Below, piece after piece: positions 1 to 16,400 of a stretch of DNA of 64,000 nucleotides. How positions within the stretch are numbered: position 1 is the stretch's first letter; each line of letters begins with the position of its first letter. The notes under the pieces were generated by a model, which worked only from the letters and a program-made list of their open reading frames with translations, was not told where the DNA came from and made no database searches. A program made the position numbers and the translations under genes. The stretch comes from Eledone cirrhosa (lineage: Eukaryota): NCBI GenBank assembly GCA_964016885.1, contig OZ024742.1:346766001-346830000 (forward strand). Direction: 5' to 3'.

Positions 1-3000
1 TCATTAAGATACATGTATTATAAGCCTTCATTAAGAAACTTGTAATATAAGCCTACATTAAGATACTTGTATTATAAGCCTACATTAAGATACTTGTATT
101 ATAAGCCCACATTAAGATACGTGTAATATAAGCCAACATTAAGATACTTGTAATATAAGCCTAACTTAAGATACTCGTAATATAAGCCTCCATTAAGATA
201 CTTGTATTATAAGCCAACATTAAGATACTTGTATTATAAGCCCACATTAAGGTACTTGTAATATAAGCCTTCATTAAGATACTTGTAATATAAGTCTACA
301 TTAAGATACTTGTAATATAAGCCTCCATTAAGATACTTGTATTATAAGCCTGCATTAAGATACTTGTATTATAAGCCTACATTAAGATACTTGTAATATA
401 AGCCTACATTAAGATACGTGTAAAATAAGCCAACATTAAGATACTTGTAATATAAGCTTACATTAAGATACTCGTAATATAAGCCTACATTAAAATACTT
501 GTAATATAAGCCAACATTAAGATATTTGTATTATAAGCCTACATTAAGATACTTGTAATATAAGCCTACATTAAGATAATTGTATTATAAGCCTACATTA
601 AGATACTTGTAATATAAACCTAAATTAAGATACTTGTATTATAAGCCCACATTAAGATACTTGTAATATAAGCCAACATTAAGATACTTGTATTATAAGC
701 CTACATTAAGATACTTGGAATATAAGCCTTCATTAAGATACTTGTATTATAAGCCAACATTAAGATACTTGTATTATAATCCCACATTAAGATACTTGTA
801 ATATAAGCCTACATTAAGATACTTGTATTATAAGCCCATATTAAGATACTTGTAATATAAGCCTACATTAAGATACTTGTATTATAAGCCCACATTAAGA
901 TACTTGGAATATAAGCCTACATTAAGATACTTGTATTATAAGCCAATATTAAGATACTTGTAATATAAGCCTAAATTAAGATACTCGTAATATAAGCCTC
1001 CATTAAGATATTTTATTATAAGCCTACATTAAGATACTTGTATTATAAGCCCACATTAAGATACTTGTAATATAAGCCTTCATTAAGATACTTGTAATAT
1101 AAGTCTACATTAAGATACTTGTAATATAAGCCTACATTAAGATACTTGTATTATAAGCCTACATTAAGATACTTGTAATATAAGCCGACATTAAGACACT
1201 TGTAATATAAGCGAAAATTAAGATACTTGTAATATAAGCCCACATTAAGATACTTGTAATATAAGCCTTCATTAAAATACTTGTATTATAAGCCTACATT
1301 AAGATACTTGTAATATAAGCCTACATTAAGATACTTGTATTATAAGCCTACATTAAGATACTTGTAATATAAGCCTAAATTAAGATAGTTGTATTATAAG
1401 CATACATTAAGATACTTGTATTATAAGCCGACATTAAGATACTTGTAATATAAGCCAACATTAAGATACTTGTATTATAAGCCTACATTAAGATACTTGT
1501 AATATAAGCCTCCATTAAGATACTTGTATTATAAGCCTACATTAAGATACTTGTATTATAAGCCCACATTAAGATACTTGTAATATAAGCCAACATTAAG
1601 ATACTTGTATTATAAGCCTACATTAAGATACTTGTAATATAAGCCTCCATTAAGATACTTGTATTATAAGCCTACATTAAGATACTTGTATTATAAGCCC
1701 ACATTAAGATACTTGTAATATAAGCCTTCATTAAGATACTTGTAATATAAGTCTACATTAAGATACTTGTATTATAAGCCCACATTAAGATACTTGTAAT
1801 ATAATCCCACATTAAGATACTTGTAATATAATCCCACGTTAAGATACGTGTAAAATAAGCCAACATTAAGATACTTGTAATATAAGCCTACATTAAGATA
1901 CTCGTAATATAAGCCTACATTAAGATACTTGTAATATAAGCCAACATTAAGATACTTGTAATATAAGCCTACATTAAGATACTTGTAATATAAGCCAACA
2001 TTAAGATACTTGTATTATAAGCCTACATTAAAATACTTGTAATATAAGCCGACATTAAGATACTTGTAATATAAGCCTTCATTAAGATACTTATAATATA
2101 AGCCAACATTAAGATATTTGTATTATAAGCCTACATTAAGATACTTGTAATATAAGCCTACATTAAGATAATTGTATTATAAGCCTACATTAAGATACTT
2201 GTAATATAAGCCTAAATTAAGATACTTGTATTATAAGCCCACATTAAGATACTTGTAATATAAGCCAACATTAAGATACTTGTATTATAAGCCTACATTA
2301 AGATACTTGGAATATAAGCCTACATTAAGATACTTGTATTATAAGCCAATATTAAGATACTTGTATTATAACCCCACATTAAGATACTTGTAATATAAGC
2401 TTACATTAAGATACTTGTATTATAAGCCCACATTAAGATACTTGTATTATAATCCCACATTAAGATACTTGTAATATAAGCCTACATTAAGATACTTGTA
2501 TTATAAGCCCACATTAAGATACGTGTAATATAAGCCAACATTAAGATACTTGTAATATAAGCCTAAATTAAGATGCTCGTAATATAAGCCTCCATTAAGA
2601 TACTTGTATTATAAGCCTACATTAAGATACTTGTATTATAAGCCAACATTAAGATACTTGTAATATAAGCCTTCATTAAGATACTTGTAATATAAGTCTA
2701 CATTAAGATACTTGTAATATAAGCCTACATTAAGATACTTGTATTATAAGCCTACATTAAGATACTTGTATTATAAGCCTACATTAAGATACGTGTAATA
2801 TAAGCCAACATTAAGATACTTGTAATATAAGCCTAACTTAAGATACTCGTAATATAAGCCTCCATTAAGATACTTGTATTATAAGCCAACATTAAGATAC
2901 TTGTATTATAAGCCCACATTAAGATACTTGTAATATAAGCCTTCATTAAGATACTTGTAATATAAGTCTACATTAAGATACTTGTAATATAAGCCTCCAT

Positions 3001-6000
3001 TAAGATACTTGTATTATAAGCCTGCATTAAGATACTTGTATTATAAGCCTACATTAAGATACTTGTAATATAAGCCTACATTAAGATACGTGTAAAATAA
3101 GCCAACATTAAGATACTTGTAATATAATCTTACATTAAGATACTCGTAATATAAGCCTACATTAAGATACTTGTATTATAAGCCTACATTAAGATACTTG
3201 TAATATAAGCCTACATTAAGATAATTGTATTATAAACCTACATTAAGATACTTGTAATATAAACCTAAATTAAGATACTTGTATTATAAGCCCACATTAA
3301 GATACTTGTAATATAAGCCAACATTAAGATACTTGTATTATAAGCCTACATTAAGATACTTGGAATATAAGCCTTCATTAAGATACTTGTATTATAAGCC
3401 AACATTAAGATACTTGTATTATAATCCCACATTAAGATACTTGTAATATAAGCCTACATTAAGATACTTGTATTATAAGCCCACATTAAGATACTTGTAA
3501 TATAAGCCTACATTAAGATACTTGTATTATAAGCCCACATTAAGATACTTGTAATATAATCCTACATTAAAATACTTGTATTATAAGCCCACATTAAGAT
3601 ACTTGTAATATAAGCCTACATTAAGATACTTGTATTATAAGCCCACATTAAGATACGTGTAATATAAGCCAACATTAAGATACTTGTAATATAAGCCTAA
3701 ATTAAGATACTCGTAATATAAGCCTCCATTAAGATACTTTTATTATAAGCCTACATTAAGATACTTGTATTATAATCCCACATTAAGATACTTGTAATAT
3801 AAGCCTTCATTAAGATACTTGTAATATAAGTCTACATTAAGATACTTGTAATATAAGCCTACATTAAGATACTTGTATTATAAGCCTACATTAAGATACT
3901 TGTAATATAAGCCGACATTAAGACACTTGTAATATAAGCGAAAATTAAGATACTTGTAATATAAGCCCACATTAAGATACTTGTAATATAAGCCTTCATT
4001 AAGATACTTGTATTATAAGCCTACATTAAGATACTTGTAATATAAGCCTACATTAAGATACTTGTATTATAAGCCTACATTAAGATACTTGTAATATAAG
4101 CCTACATTAAGATACTTGTAATATAAGCCTAAATTAAGATAGTTGTATTATAAGCATACATTAAGATACTTGTATTATAAGCCGACATTAAGATACTTGT
4201 AATATAAGCCAACATTAAGATACTTGTATTATAAGCCTACATTAAAATACTTGTAATATAAGCCGACATTAAGATACTTGTAATATAAGCCTTCATTAAG
4301 ATACTTATAATATAAGCCAACATTAAGATATTTGTATTATAAGCCTACATTAAGATACTTGTAATATAAGCCTACATTAAGATAATTGTATTATAAGCCT
4401 ACATTAAGATACTTGTAATATAAGCCTAAATTAAGATACTTGTATTATAAGCCCACATTAAGATACTTGTAATATAAGCCAACATTAAGATACTTGTATT
4501 ATAAGCCTACATTAAGATACTTGGAATATAAGCCTACATTAAGATACTTGTATTATAAGCCAATATTAAGATACTTGTATTATAACCCCACATTAAGATA
4601 CTTGTAATATAAGCTTACATTAAGATACTTGTATTATAAGCCCACATTAAGATACTTGTATTATAATCCCACATTAAGATACTTGTAATATAAGCCTACA
4701 TTAAGATACTTGTATTATAAGCCCACATTAAGATACGTGTAATATAAGCCAACATTAAGATACTTGTAATATAAGCCTAAATTAAGATGCTCGTAATATA
4801 AGCCTCCATTAAGATACTTGTATTATAAGCCTACATTAAGATACTTGTATTATAAGCCAACATTAAGATACTTGTAATATAAGCCTTCATTAAGATACTT
4901 GTAATATAAGTCTACATTAAGATACTTGTAATATAAGCCTACATTAAGATACTTGTATTATAAGCCTACATTAAGATACTTGTATTATAAGCCCACATTA
5001 AGATACGTGTAATATAAGCCAACATTAAGATACTTGTAATATAAGCCTAACTTAAGATACTCGTAATATAAGCCTCCATTAAGATACTTGTATTATAAGC
5101 CAACATTAAGATACTTGTATTATAAGCCCACATTAAGATACTTGTAATATAAGCCTTCATTAAGATACTTGTAATATAAGTCTACATTAAGATACTTGTA
5201 ATATAAGCCTCCATTAAGATACTTGTATTATAAGCCTGCATTAAGATACTTGTATTATAAGCCTACATTAAGATACTTGTAATATAAGCCTACATTAAGA
5301 TACGTGTAAAATAAGCCAACATTAAGATACTTGTAATATAATCTTACATTAAGATACTCGTAATATAAGCCTACATTAAGATACTTGTAATATAAGCCAA
5401 CATTAAGATATTTGTATTATAAGCCTACATTAAGATACTTGTAATATAAGCCTACATTAAGATAATTGTATTATAAACCTACATTAAGATACTTGTAATA
5501 TAAACCTAAATTAAGATACTTGTATTATAAGCCCACATTAAGATACTTGTAATATAAGCCAACATTAAGATACTTGTATTATAAGCCTACATTAAGATAC
5601 TTGGAATATAAGCCTTCATTAAGATACTTGTATTATAAGCCAACATTAAGATACTTGTATTATAATCCCACATTAAGATACTTGTAATATAAGCCTACAT
5701 TAAGATACTTGTATTATAAGCCCACATTAAGATACTTGTAATATAAGCCTACATTAAGATACTTGTATTATAAGCCCACATTAAGATACTTGTAATATAA
5801 TCCTACATTAAAATACTTGTATTATAAGCCCACATTAAGATACTTGTAATATAAGCCTACATTAAGATACTTGTATTATAAGCCCACATTAAGATACGTG
5901 TAATATAAGCCAACATTAAGATACTTGTAATATAAGCCTAAATTAAGATACTCGTAATATAAGCCTCCATTAAGATACTTTTATTATAAGCCAACATTAA

Positions 6001-9000
6001 GATACTTGTATTATAATCCCACATTAAGATACTTGTAATATAAGCCTTCATTAAGATACTTGTAATATAAGTCTACATTAAGATACTTGTAATATAAGCC
6101 TACATTAAGATACTTGTATTATAAGCCTACATTAAGATACTTGTAATATAAGCCGACATTAAGACACTTGTAATATAAGCGAAAATTAAGATACTTGTAA
6201 TATAAGCCCACATTAAGATACTTGTAATATAAGCCTTCATTAAGATACTTGTATTATAAGCCTACATTAAGATACTTGTAATATAAGCCTACATTAAGAT
6301 ACTTGTATTATAAGCCTACATTAAGATACTTGTAATATAAGCCTAAATTAAGATAGTTGTATTATAAGCATACATTAAGATACTTGTATTATAAGCCGAC
6401 ATTAAGATACTTGTAATATAAGCCAACATTAAGATACTTGTATTATAAGCCTACATTAAGATACTTGTAATATAAGCCTCCATTAAGATACTTGTATTAT
6501 AAGCCTACATTAAGATACTTGTATTATAAGCCCACATTAAGATACTTGTAATATAAGCCAACATTAAGATACTTGTATTATAAGCCTACATTAAGATACT
6601 TGTAATATAAGCCTCCATTAAGATACTTGTATTATAAGCCTACATTAAGATACTTGTATTATAAGCCCACATTAAGATACTTGTAATATAAGCCTTCATT
6701 AAGATACTTGTAATGTAAGTCTACATTAAGATACTTGTAATATAAGCCTACATTAAGATACTTGTATTATAAGCCCACATTAAGATACGTGTAATATAAG
6801 CCAACATTAAGATACTTGTAATATAAGCCTAAATTAAGATGCTCGTAATATAAGCCTCCATTAAGATACTTGTATTATAAGCCTACATTAAGATACTTGT
6901 ATTATAAGCCAACATTAAGATACTTGTAATATAAGCCTTCATTAAGATACTTGTAATATAAGTCTACATTAAGATACTTGTAATATAAGCCTACATTAAG
7001 ATACTTGTATTATAAGCCTACATTAAGATACTTGTATTATAAGCCCACATTAAGATACGTGTAATATAAGCCAACATTAAGATACTTGTAATATAAGCCT
7101 AACTTAAGATACTCGTAATATAAGCCTCCATTAAGATACTTGTATTATAAGCCAACATTAAGATACTTGTATTATAAGCCCACATTAAGATACTTGTAAT
7201 ATAAGCCTTCATTAAGATACTTGTAATATAAGTCTACATTAAGATACTTGTAATATAAGCCTCCATTAAGATACTTGTATTATAAGCCTGCATTAAGATA
7301 CTTGTATTATAAGCCTACATTAAGATACTTGTAATATAAGCCTACATTAAGATACGTGTAAAATAAGCCAACATTAAGATACTTGTAATATAATCTTACA
7401 TTAAGATACTCGTAATATAAGCCTACATTAAGATACTTGTAATATAAGCCAACATTAAGATATTTGTATTATAAGCCTACATTAAGATACTTGTAATATA
7501 AGCCTACATTAAGATAATTGTATTATAAACCTACATTAAGATACTTGTAATATAAACCTAAATTAAGATACTTGTATTATAAGCCCACATTAAGATACTT
7601 GTAATATAAGCCAACATTAAGATACTTGTATTATAAGCCTACATTAAGATACTTGGAATATAAGCCTTCATTAAGATACTTGTATTATAAGCCAACATTA
7701 AGATACTTGTATTATAATCCCACATTAAGATACTTGTAATATAAGCCTACATTAAGATACTTGTATTATAAGCCCACATTAAGATACTTGTAATATAAGC
7801 CTACATTAAGATACTTGTATTATAAGCCCACATTAAGATACTTGTAATATAATCCTACATTAAAATACTTGTATTATAAGCCCACATTAAGATACTTGTA
7901 ATATAAGCCTACATTAAGATACTTGTATTATAAGCCCACATTAAGATACGTGTAATATAAGCCAACATTAAGATACTTGTAATATAAGCCTAAATTAAGA
8001 TACTCGTAATATAAGCCTCCATTAAGATACTTTTATTATAAGCCTACATTAAGATACTTGTATTATAATCCCACATTAAGATACTTGTAATATAAGCCTT
8101 CATTAAGATACTTGTAATATAAGTCTACATTAAGATACTTGTAATATAAGCCTACATTAAGATACTTGTATTATAAGCCTACATTAAGATACTTGTAATA
8201 TAAGCCGACATTAAGACACTTGTAATATAAGCGAAAATTAAGATACTTGTAATATAAGCCCACATTAAGATACTTGTAATATAAGCCTTCATTAAGATAC
8301 TTGTATTATAAGCCTACATTAAGATACTTGTAATATAAGCCTACATTAAGATACTTGTATTATAAGCCTACATTAAGATACTTGTAATATAAGCCTAAAT
8401 TAAGATAGTTGTATTATAAGCATACATTAAGATACTTGTATTATAAGCCGACATTAAGATACTTGTAATATAAGCCAACATTAAGATACTTGTATTATAA
8501 GCCTACATTAAGATACTTGTAATATAAGCCTCCATTAAGATACTTGTATTATAAGCCTACATTAAGATACTTGTATTATAAGCCCACATTAAGATACTTG
8601 TAATATAAGCCAACATTAAGATACTTGTATTATAAGCCTACATTAAGATACTTGTAATATAAGCCTCCATTAAGATACTTGTATTATAAGCCTACATTAA
8701 GATACTTGTATTATAAGCCCACATTAAGATACTTGTAATATAAGCCTTCATTAAGATACTTGTAATATAAGTCTACATTAAGATACTTGTATTATAAGCC
8801 CACGTTAAGATACTTGTAATATAATCCCACATTAAGATACTTGTAATATAATCCCACGTTAAGATACGTGTAAAATAAGCCAACATTAAGATACTTGTAA
8901 TATAAGCCTACATTAAGATACTCGTAATATAAGCCTACATTAAGATACTTGTAATATAAGCCAACATTAAGATACTTGTAATATAAGCCTACATTAAGAT

Positions 9001-12000
9001 ACTTGTAATATAAGCCAACATTAAGATACTTGTATTATAAGCCTACATTAAAATACTTGTAATATAAGCCGACATTAAGATACTTGTAATATAAGCCTTC
9101 ATTAAGATACTTATAATATAAGCCAACATTAAGATATTTGTATTATAAGCCTACATTAAGATACTTGTAATATAAGCCTACATTAAGATAATTGTATTAT
9201 AAGCCTACATTAAGATACTTGTAATATAAGCCTAAATTAAGATACTTGTATTATAAGCCCACATTAAGATACTTGTAATATAAGCCAACATTAAGATACT
9301 TGTATTATAAGCCTACATTAAGATAATTGTATTATAAGCCTACATTAAGATACTTGTAATATAAGCCTAAATTAAGATACTTGTATTATAAGCCCACATT
9401 AAGATACTTGTAATATAAGCCAACATTAAGATACTTGTATTATAAGCCTACATTAAGATACTTGGAATATAAGCCTACATTAAGATACTTGTATTATAAG
9501 CCAATATTAAGATACTTGTATTATAACCCCACATTAAGATACTTGTAATATAAGCTTACATTAAGATACTTGTATTATAAGCCCACATTAAGATACTTGT
9601 ATTATAATCCCACATTAAGATACTTGTAATATAAGCCTACATTAAGATACTTGTATTATAAGCCCACATTAAGATACGTGTAATATAAGCCAACATTAAG
9701 ATACTTGTAATATAAGCCTAAATTAAGATGCTCGTAATATAAGCCTCCATTAAGATACTTGTATTATAAGCCTACATTAAGATACTTGTATTATAAGCCA
9801 ACATTAAGATACTTGTAATATAAGCCTTCATTAAGATACTTGTAATATAAGTCTACATTAAGATACTTGTAATATAAGCCTACATTAAGATACTTGTATT
9901 ATAAGCCTACATTAAGATACTTGTATTATAAGCCCACATTAAGATACGTGTAATATAAGCCAACATTAAGATACTTGTAATATAAGCCTAACTTAAGATA
10001 CTCGTAATATAAGCCTCCATTAAGATACTTGTATTATAAGCCAACATTAAGATACTTGTATTATAAGCCCACATTAAGATACTTGTAATATAAGCCTTCA
10101 TTAAGATACTTGTAATATAAGTCTACATTAAGATACTTGTAATATAAGCCTCCATTAAGATACTTGTATTATAAGCCTGCATTAAGATACTTGTATTATA
10201 AGCCTACATTAAGATACTTGTAATATAAGCCTACATTAAGATACGTGTAAAATAAGCCAACATTAAGATACTTGTAATATAATCTTACATTAAGATACTC
10301 GTAATATAAGCCTACATTAAGATACTTGTAATATAAGCCAACATTAAGATATTTGTATTATAAGCCTACATTAAGATACTTGTAATATAAGCCTACATTA
10401 AGATAATTGTATTATAAACCTACATTAAGATACTTGTAATATAAACCTAAATTAAGATACTTGTATTATAAGCCCACATTAAGATACTTGTAATATAAGC
10501 CAACATTAAGATACTTGTATTATAAGCCTACATTAAGATACTTGGAATATAAGCCTTCATTAAGATACTTGTATTATAAGCCAACATTAAGATACTTGTA
10601 TTATAATCCCACATTAAGATACTTGTAATATAAGCCTACATTAAGATACTTGTATTATAAGCCCACATTAAGATACTTGTAATATAAGCCTACATTAAGA
10701 TACTTGTATTATAAGCCCACATTAAGATACTTGTAATATAATCCTACATTAAAATACTTGTATTATAAGCCCACATTAAGATACTTGTAATATAAGCCTA
10801 CATTAAGATACTTGTATTATAAGCCCACATTAAGATACGTGTAATATAAGCCAACATTAAGATACTTGTAATATAAGCCTAAATTAAGATACTCGTAATA
10901 TAAGCCTCCATTAAGATACTTTTATTATAAGCCTACATTAAGATACTTGTATTATAATCCCACATTAAGATACTTGTAATATAAGCCTTCATTAAGATAC
11001 TTGTAATATAAGTCTACATTAAGATACTTGTAATATAAGCCTACATTAAGATACTTGTATTATAAGCCTACATTAAGATACTTGTAATATAAGCCGACAT
11101 TAAGACACTTGTAATATAAGCGAAAATTAAGATACTTGTAATATAAGCCCACATTAAGATACTTGTAATATAAGCCTTCATTAAGATACTTGTATTATAA
11201 GCCTACATTAAGATACTTGTAATATAAGCCTACATTAAGATACTTGTATTATAAGCCTACATTAAGATACTTGTAATATAAGCCTAAATTAAGATAGTTG
11301 TATTATAAGCATACATTAAGATACTTGTATTATAAGCCGACATTAAGATACTTGTAATATAAGCCAACATTAAGATACTTGTATTATAAGCCTACATTAA
11401 GATACTTGTAATATAAGCCTCCATTAAGATACTTGTATTATAAGCCTACATTAAGATACTTGTATTATAAGCCCACATTAAGATACTTGTAATATAAGCC
11501 AACATTAAGATACTTGTATTATAAGCCTACATTAAGATACTTGTAATATAAGCCTCCATTAAGATACTTGTATTATAAGCCTACATTAAGATACTTGTAT
11601 TATAAGCCCACATTAAGATACTTGTAATATAAGCCTTCATTAAGATACTTGTAATATAAGTCTACATTAAGATACTTGTATTATAAGCCCACGTTAAGAT
11701 ACTTGTAATATAATCCCACATTAAGATACTTGTAATATAATCCCACGTTAAGATACGTGTAAAATAAGCCAACATTAAGATACTTGTAATATAAGCCTAC
11801 ATTAAGATACTCGTAATATAAGCCTACATTAAGATACTTGTAATATAAGCCAACATTAAGATACTTGTAATATAAGCCTACATTAAGATACTTGTAATAT
11901 AAGCCAACATTAAGATACTTGTATTATAAGCCTACATTAAAATACTTGTAATATAAGCCGACATTAAGATACTTGTAATATAAGCCTTCATTAAGATACT

Positions 12001-13450
12001 TATAATATAAGCCAACATTAAGATATTTGTATTATAAGCCTACATTAAGATACTTGTAATATAAGCCTACATTAAGATAATTGTATTATAAGCCTACATT
12101 AAGATACTTGTAATATAAGCCTAAATTAAGATACTTGTATTATAAGCCCACATTAAGATACTTGTAATATAAGCCAACATTAAGATACTTGTATTATAAG
12201 CCTACATTAAGATACTTGTAATATAAGCCTCCATTAAGATACTTGTATTATAAGCCTACATTAAGATACTTGTATTATAAGCCCACATTAAGATACTTGT
12301 AATATAAGCCAACATTAAGATACTTGTATTATAAGCCTACATTAAGATACTTGTAATATAAGCCTCCATTAAGATACTTGTATTATAAGCCTACATTAAG
12401 ATACTTGTATTATAAGCCCACATTAAGATACTTGTAATATAAGCCTTCATTAAGATACTTGTAATATAAGTCTACATTAAGATACTTGTATTATAAGCCC
12501 ACGTTAAGATACTTGTAATATAATCCCACATTAAGATACTTGTAATATAATCCCACGTTAAGATACGTGTAAAATAAGCCAACATTAAGATACTTGTAAT
12601 ATAAGCCTACATTAAGATACTCGTAATATAAGCCTACATTAAGATACTTGTAATATAAGCCAACATTAAGATACTTGTAATATAAGCCTACATTAAGATA
12701 CTTGTAATATAAGCCAACATTAAGATACTTGTATTATAAGCCTACATTAAAATACTTGTAATATAAGCCGACATTAAGATACTTGTAATATAAGCCTTCA
12801 TTAAGATACTTATAATATAAGCCAACATTAAGATATTTGTATTATAAGCCTACATTAAGATACTTGTAATATAAGCCTACATTAAGATAATTGTATTATA
12901 AGCCTACATTAAGATACTTGTAATATAAGCCTAAATTAAGATACTTGTATTATAAGCCCACATTAAGATACTTGTAATATAAGCCAACATTAAGATACTT
13001 GTATTATAAGCCTACATTAAGATACTTGGAATATAAGCCTACATTAAGATACTTGTATTATAAGCCAATATTAAGATACTTGTATTATAACCCCACATTA
13101 AGATACTTGTAATATAAGCTTACATTAAGATACTTGTATTATAAGCCCACATTAAGATACTTGTATTATAATCCCACATTAAGATACTTGTAATATAAGC
13201 CTACATTAAGATACTTGTATTATAAGCCCACATTAAGATACGTGTAATATAAGCACATTAAGATACTTGTAATATAAGCCTAAATTAAGATGCTCGTAAT
13301 ATAAGCCTCCATTAAGATACTTGTATTATAAGCCTACATTAAGATACTTGTATTATAAGCCAACATTAAGATACTTGTAATATAAGCCTTCATTAAGATA
13401 CTTGTAATATAAGTCTACATTAAGATACTTGTAATATAAGCCTACATTAA
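1..13450. repeat. Homogeneous sub-array of about five near-identical 2.0-2.9 kb higher-order cassettes
   Basis: Marker GCGAAAATT at 1211, 3938, 6179, 8231, 11120 (spacings 101, 83, 76, 107 monomers). Marker GATGCTCG at 2572, 4786, 6838, 9727, 13289. Marker CCTAACTT at about 160, 2832, 5046, 7098, 9987 was seen only in this segment. Confidence 0.85.
11350..13010. repeat. Local tandem duplication of 810 bp (30 monomers)
   Basis: CACGTTAAGATACTTG at 11690 and 12500; the CTTATAAT variant at about 12000 and 12810; same order of variants between them. Boundaries approximate. Confidence 0.8.
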
Positions 13451-16400
13451 GATACTTGTATTATAAGCCTACATTAAGATACTTGTATTATAAGCCTACA
13501 TTAAGATACTTGTATTATAAGCCCACATTAAGACACTTGTAATATAAGCCTACATTAAGATACTTGTATTATAAGTCTACATTATGATACTTGTAATATA
13601 AGCCCACATTAAGATACTTGTATTATAAGCCTACATTAAGATACTTGTAATATAAGCCTACATTAAGATACTTGTATCATAAGCCTACATTAAGATACTT
13701 GCATTATAAGTCCACATTAAGATACTTGTAATATAAGCCTACATTAAGATACTTGTATTATAAGCCTACATTAAGATACTTATATTATAAGCCAACATTA
13801 AGATACTTGTAATATAATCCCACATTAAGATACTTGTAATATAATCCCACATTAAGATACTTGTTATATAATCCCACATTAAGATACTTGTAATATAAGC
13901 CTACATTAAGATACTTGTAATATAATCCAACATTAAGATACTTGTAATATAAGCCTAGGTTAATATACGTGTAATATAAGCCAACATTAAGATACTTGTA
14001 TTATAAGCCTACATTAAGATACTTGTAATATAAGCCTACATTAAGATACTTGTAATATAAGCCTACATTAAGATACGTGTAATATAAGCCTACATTAAGA
14101 TACTTGTAATATAAGCCTTCATTAAGATACATGTATTATAAGCCTTCATTAAGAAACTTGTAATATAAGCCTACATTAAGATACTTGTATTATAAGCCTA
14201 CATTAAGATACTTGTATTATAAGCCCACATTAAGATACGTGTAATATAAGCCAACATTAAGATACTTGTAATATAAGCCTAAATTAAGATACTCGTAATA
14301 TAAGCCTTCATTAAGATACTTGTATTATAAGCCAACATTAAGATACTTGTATTATAAGCCCACATTAAGATACTTGTAATATAAGCCTTCATTAAGATAC
14401 TTGTAATATAAGTCTACATTAAGATACTTGTAATATAAGCCTGCATTAAGATACTTGTATTATAAGCCTACATTAAGATACTTGTAATATAAGCCTACTT
14501 TAAGATACTTGTAATATAAGCCAACATTAAGATACTTGTAATATAAGCCAACATTAAGATACTTGTATTATAAGCCTACATTAAGATACTTGTAATATAA
14601 GCCGACATTAAGATACTTGTAATATATGCGAAAATGAAGATACTTGTAATATAAGCCAACATTAAGATACTTGTAATATAAGCCTTCATTAAGATACCTG
14701 TATTATAAGCCTGCATTAAGATACTTGTAATATAACCCTACATTAAGATACATGTATTATAAGCCTACATTAAGATACTTGTAATATAAGCCTAAATTAA
14801 GATAGTTGTATTATAAGCATACATTAAGATACTTGTATTATAAGCCTACATTAAGATACTTGTAATATAAGCCAACATTAAGATACTTGTATTATAAGCC
14901 TACATTAAGATACTTGTAATATAAGCCTGCATTAAGATACTTGTATTATAAGCCTACATTAAGATACTTGTATTATAATCCCACATTAAGATACTTGTAA
15001 TATAAGCCTACATTAAGATACTTGTATTATAAGCACACATTCAGATACTTGTATTATAAGCCTACATTAAGATACTTGTAATATAAGCCAACATTAAGAT
15101 ACTTGTAATATAAGTCTACATTAAGATACTCGTAATATAAGCCTACATTAAGATGCTTGTAATATAAGCCTACATTAAGATACTTGTAATATAATCCTAC
15201 ATTAAGATACTTGTAATATAAGCCTACATTAAGATACTCGTAATATAAGCCTACATTAAGATACTTGTATTATAAGCCTACATTAAGATACTTGTAATAT
15301 AATCCCACATTAAGATACTTGTATTATAAGCCTTCATTAAGATACTTGTAATATAAGCCTACATTAAGATACTTGTATTATAAGCCTACATTGAGATACT
15401 TGTATTATAAGCCCACATTAAGACACTTGTAATATAAGCCAACATTAAGATACTTGTAATATAAGCCTCCATTAAGATACTTGTATTATAAGCCTACATT
15501 AAGATACTTGTAATATAAGCCTACATTAAGATACTTGTATTATAAGCCTTCATTAAGATACTTGTAATATAAGCCTACATTAAGATACTTGTATTATAAG
15601 CCTTCATTGAGATACTTGTATTATAAGCCAACATTAAGACACTTGTAATATAAGCCTACATTAAGATACTTGTATTATAAGTCTACATTAAGAGACTTGT
15701 AATATAAGCCGACATTAAGATACTTGTATTATAAGCCTACATTAAGATACTTGTAATATAAGCCTACATTAAGATACTTGTATTATAAACCTACATTAAG
15801 ATACTTGCATTATAAGCCCACATTAAGATACTTGTAATATAAGCCTACATTAAGATACTTGTATTATAATCCTACATTAAGATACTTGTATTATAAGCCC
15901 ACATTAAGATACTTGTAATATAATCCCACATTAAGATACTTGTAATATAATCCCACGTTAAGATACGTGTAAAATAAGCCAACATTAAGATACTTGTAAT
16001 ATAAGCCTACATTAAGATACTCGTAATATAAGCCTACATTAAGATACTTGTAATATAAGCCAACATTAAGATACTTGTAATATAAGCCCACATTAAGATA
16101 CTTGTAATATAAGCCAACATTAAGATACTTGTATTATAAGCCTACATTAAAATACTTGTAATATAAGCCGACATTAAGATACTTGTAATATAAGCCTTCA
16201 TTAAGATACTTATAATATAAGCCAACATTAAGATATTTGTATTATAAGCCTACATTAAGATACTTGTAATATAAGCCTACATTAAGATAATTGTATTATA
16301 AGCCTACATTAAGATACTTGTAATATAAGCCTAAATTAAGATACTTGTATTATAAGCCCACATTAAGATACTTGTAATATAAGCCAACATTAAGATACTT

